A stretch of DNA of 64,000 nt from the human T2T-CHM13v2.0 reference genome, Homo sapiens. The position numbers were made by a program, and so were the translations under genes. Below, one piece after another: positions 61,539-64,000 of the stretch. The notes beneath the pieces are model-generated. The model saw only the letters and a program-made list of their open reading frames with translations, did no database searches and was not told where the DNA came from. Position 1 is the stretch's first letter. Each line of letters starts with the position of its first letter. Where the stretch lies: assembly GCF_009914755.1 (NCBI RefSeq), contig NC_060927.1; one strand, 5' to 3'.

Positions 61539-64000
61539 GGGACTGGTTCCACAATGGCCAAATAGGAACAGCTCCAGTCGACAGCTACCAGTGTGAGTGA
61601 CATAGAAGACGGGTGATTTCTGCATTTCCAACTGAGGTACCGGGTTCATCTCACTGGGACTTGTTGGACAGTGTGTGCAGCCCATGGAGTGTGAGCCGAA
61701 GCGGGGCAGGGCATCGCCTCACCTGGGAAGCTCAAGGGGTCAGGGAACTCCCTTTCCTAGCCAAGGGAAGCCATGACAGATGGTACCTGGAAAATCAGGA
61801 CACTCCCACCCTAATACTGCGCTCTTCCAACGGTCTTAGCAAAGGCCACACCAGGAGATTATATTCCATGCCTGGTTTGGTGGGTCCCATGCCCACAGAG
61901 CCTTGCTCACTGCTGGCACAGCAGTCCAAGAATGGACTGTGAGGTGGCAGCAAGGCTGGGGGAGGGGTGTCTGCCATTGGTGAGGCTTTACTATGTAAAC
62001 AAAGCTGCCAGGAAGCTCGAACTGGGTGGAGCCCACCACAGCTCAAGGAGGCCTGTGTGCCTCTGTAGACTCCACCTCTGGGGGCAGGGCATAGCTGAAC
62101 AAAAGGCAGCAGAAACTTCTGCAGACTTAAACGTCCCTGTCTGACAGCTTTGAAGAGAGTAGTGGCTCTCCCAGAACGGAGTGTGAGATCTGAGAACGGA
62201 CAGACTGCTTCCTTAAGTGGGCCCCTGCCCCCTGAGTATCCTAACTGGGAGACACCTCCCAGTAGGTGCAGACTGACACCTCATAAAGCCGGGTGACCCT
62301 CTGAGACGAAGCTTCCAGAGGAAGGATCAGGCAGCAACATTTGCTGTTCTGCAATATTTGCTGTTCTGCAGCCTCTGCTGCTGATACCCAGGCAAACAGG
62401 GTCGGGAGTGGACCTCCAGCAAAATCCAACAGACCTGCAGCTGAGGGACCTGACTGTTAGAAAGAAAACTAACAAACAGAAAGGAATAGCATCAACATCA
62501 ACAAAAAGGACATCCACACCAAAACCCCATCTGTAGGACACCATCATCAAAGACCAAAGGTAGATAAAACCACAAAGGTGGGGAGAATCCAGAGCAGAAA
62601 AGCTGAAAATTCTAAAAATCAGAGCGCCTCTTCTCCTCCAAAGGATCACAGCTCCTCACCAGCAATGGAACAAACCTGGACGGAGAATGACTTTGACGAG
62701 TTGACAGAAGTAGGCTTCAGAAGATCGGTAATAACGAACTTCTCCGAGCTAAAGAAGGATGTTCGAACCCATTGCAAAGAAGCTAAAAACCTTGAAAAAA
62801 GATTACACGAATGGCTGACTAGAATAAAGAGCGTAGAGAAGACCTTAAAGGACCTGATGGAGCTGAAAACCATGGCACAAAAACTATGTGACGCATGCAC
62901 AAGCTTCAGGAGCCAATCCGATCAAGTGGAAGAAAGGGTATCAGTGATTAAAGATCAAATGAATGAAATGAAGAAAAGGAGAAGTTTAGAGAAGAAAGAG
63001 TAAAAAGAAATGAACAAAGCCTCCAAGAAATATGAGACTATGTGAAAAGACCAAACCTACATTTGATTGGTGTACCTGAAAGTAATGAGGAGAATGGAAC
63101 CAAGTTGGAAAACACTCTGCAGGATATTATCCAGGAGAACTTCCCCAGCCTAGCAAGGCAGGCCAACATTCAAATTCAGGAAATACAGAGAACGCCACAA
63201 AGACACTCCTTGAGAAGACCAACCCCAAGACACATAATTGTCAGATTCACCAAGGTTGAAATGAAGGAAAAAATGTTAAGGGCAGCCAGAAAGAAAGGTT
63301 GGGTTACCCACAAAGGAAAGCCCATCAGACTAACAGTGGATCTCTCAGCAGAAACTTTACAAGCCAGAAGAGAGTGGGGGCCAATATTCAACATTCTTAA
63401 AGAAAAGAATTTTCAACCCAGAATTTCATATCCAGTCAAACTAAGCTTCATAAGTGAAGGAGAAATAAAATCCTTTACAGACAAACAAATGCTGAGAGAT
63501 TTTGTCACCACCAGGCCTGCCCTAAAAGAGCTCCTGAAGGAAGCGCTAAACAAGGAAAGGAACAACCAGTACCAGCCACTGCAAAAACATGCCAAATTGT
63601 AAAGACCATTGATGCTAGGAAGAAACTGCATCAACTAACGAGCAATGACATCATAATGACAGGATCAAATTCACACATAACAATATTAACCTTAAATGTA
63701 AATGGGCTAAACGCCCCTATTAAAAGACACAGACTGGCAAATTGGATAAACAGTCAAGACCCATCAGTGTGCTATATTCAGGAGACCCATCTCACATGCA
63801 GAACACACATAGGCTCAAAATAAAGGGATGGAAGAAGATCTACCAAGAAAATGGAAAACAAAAAAAAAGCAGGGGTTGCAATCCTAGTCTTGGATAAAAC
63901 AGACTTTAAACCAACCAACAAAGATCAAAAGAGACAAAGAAGGCCATTACATAATGGTAATGGGATCAATACAACAAGAAGAGCTAACTATCCTAAATAT
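61539..64000 (+). mobile_element. 5' part of an older full-length-type L1PA (about L1PA5-7), truncated by the window edge
   Basis: 5' GGTTCCACAATGGCCAAATAGGAACAGCTCC; longer 5' UTR; degenerate ORF1; ORF2 starts ATGACAGGATCAAAT at 63656 with early frameshifts. Confidence 0.95.
62578..63602 (+). pseudogene. ORF1: Defective ORF1 of the older L1PA
   Basis: Start ATG>GTG, frameshift near 62975, TGG>TGA near 63033; both halves are ORF1p-homologous in the ORF track. Confidence 0.92.

Overview
Human/primate genomic DNA, repeat-dense (about 40 Alu-family copies, several L1, L2, MIR, MaLR LTRs and MER DNA transposons). I could not support any host protein-coding gene; most short ORFs in the track are Alu/L1 artefacts. 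The dominant feature is a full-length young LINE-1 (12360-18407, +, 15-bp TSD). It has an open 1275-aa ORF2, a nonsense codon in ORF1 (R130*), a stop-loss-extended antisense ORF0 and mixed L1PA2/L1HS diagnostics (GAG plus G). A second, older L1PA element that still has the ~129-bp ZNF93-target segment starts at 61539 and runs off the window. The less obvious signals are: a retroposed mRNA 3' UTR nested in L1M (59610-60090), a 22-nt orphan retro-insert with poly(A) and TSD (28098-28188), a tail-less internal L1 fragment (6441-6679), two ~40-bp locally duplicated segments about 2 kb apart, several template-switch-like palindromes, and a target site used twice. I found no convincing new biological system. 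Subfamily names and consensus comparisons are from memory, and old-repeat boundaries are approximate.
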